This document shows, piece after piece, positions 63,260 through 64,000 of a DNA stretch of 64,000 nucleotides. The translations under genes were made by a program, and so were the position numbers. Position 1 is the stretch's first letter; every line of letters starts with the position of its first letter. Under the pieces are notes generated by a model that saw only the letters and a list, made by a program, of their open reading frames with translations, was not told the DNA's origin and made no database searches. The stretch comes from an uncultured delta proteobacterium. Its GTDB lineage: Bacteria > Myxococcota_A > Polyangia > Fen-1088. Where the stretch lies: positions 352,001 to 416,000 of the forward strand of contig CAVWIP010000010.1 in NCBI GenBank assembly GCA_963755125.1, read 5' to 3'.

Positions 63260-64000
63260 ATGATCTGTTGTAGGTTGACCGTTATGACTGTGCTGCTCAC
63301 CACCACCGCATTGTCCGCCCAGGCTGCACCCAACGGGGCGGCACCTGCCCCGCCTCCGGCCAAGACCGCGCCCGAGGAGGCCCCGGCTGTGCCCAAGAAG
63401 GTGACCACAGTGGAAGGAATCACCGAGTACCACCTGCCCAACGGGCTGCGCGTGCTGCTTTTTCCCGATCCCACCAAGCCGACCGTCCTGGTCAACGTGA
63501 CCTATCTGGTGGGCTCGCGGGTCGAGGGTTATGGCGAGACCGGCATGGCCCACTTGCTCGAGCACATGCTGTTCAAGGGTACCCCTAGCCGGCCAGACAT
63601 CTGGAAATTGCTGCAAGCCAAGGGTGCCAACTTCAACGGCAGCACCTGGTGGGATCGCACCAACTACTTCGAGGAGCTGCCCGCTTCGTCGGAGAGCCTG
63701 GAGTTCGCGCTGGCCCTGGAAGCCGACCGGATGATCCACAGCAGGATCGCGGCCGAGGATCTGGCCAAGGAGTTTTCGGTGGTGCGCAACGAGTTCGAGA
63801 TGGGCGAAAACAACCCGGCCAACGTGCTGGAAGAGAAGATGATGGCGATCGCCTTCCAGTGGCACAACTACGGCAAGTCGACCATTGGCTCGCGCAGCGA
63901 CATCGAGCGCGTCCCGGTCGGCAGCCTGCGCACCTTCTATCGCAAATACTACCAGCCCGACAACGCCATCCTGATCATTGCCGGCAAGTTCGAGCCGGCT
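63260..64000 (+). CDS. M16 (pitrilysin/PqqL-like) zinc peptidase; 3' end runs off the window
   Basis: GGAGG RBS, signal peptide, [17 protein letters not shown] (HxxEH), [11 protein letters not shown] and YYQPDNA. Confidence 0.93.
   Translation, partial: MICCRLTVMTVLLTTTALSAQAAPNGAAPAPPPAKTAPEEAPAVPKKVTTVEGITEYHLPNGLRVLLFPDPTKPTVLVNVTYLVGSRVEGYGETGMAHLLEHMLFKGTPSRPDIWKLLQAKGANFNGSTWWDRTNYFEELPASSESLEFALALEADRMIHSRIAAEDLAKEFSVVRNEFEMGENNPANVLEEKMMAIAFQWHNYGKSTIGSRSDIERVPVGSLRTFYRKYYQPDNAILIIAGKFEPA

Overview
GC-rich bacterial chromosomal window, most consistent with Myxococcota/Polyangia (inferred from an AglZ-like receiver/coiled-coil protein, a eukaryote-like Ser/Thr kinase, a zinc-ribbon TPR protein and Cys-rich lipoproteins). 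It holds about 55 genes: housekeeping (secA, ychF, hflX, miaB, tatB/tatC, panD, rpoZ, ctpA), two type II toxin-antitoxin pairs, an ECF sigma/anti-sigma pair, envelope glycosylation genes, a GH3 lipoprotein followed by a beta-barrel, and a PHP-UvrD fusion. I saw no rRNA, tRNA, CRISPR array or transposase. The most notable structure outside ordinary annotation is: (1) a nested, modular palindromic repeat family in four intergenic copies (77, 143, 143 and 197 bp) whose indels are all multiples of 3; (2) a complete sigma-54 regulon (XylR/V4R activator, tandem palindromic sites, -24/-12 promoter) driving an M20 hydrolase, an acetate kinase with an altered acyl pocket and a degenerate acetate-kinase paralog; (3) a 55-aa ORF that looks like a collapsed outer-membrane protein; (4) a TatB-like protein with a recently expanded 108-bp charged-helix repeat; (5) a recurrent -10/N6/ATG leaderless gene architecture. 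All family calls come from motif recognition by eye, with no database searches.
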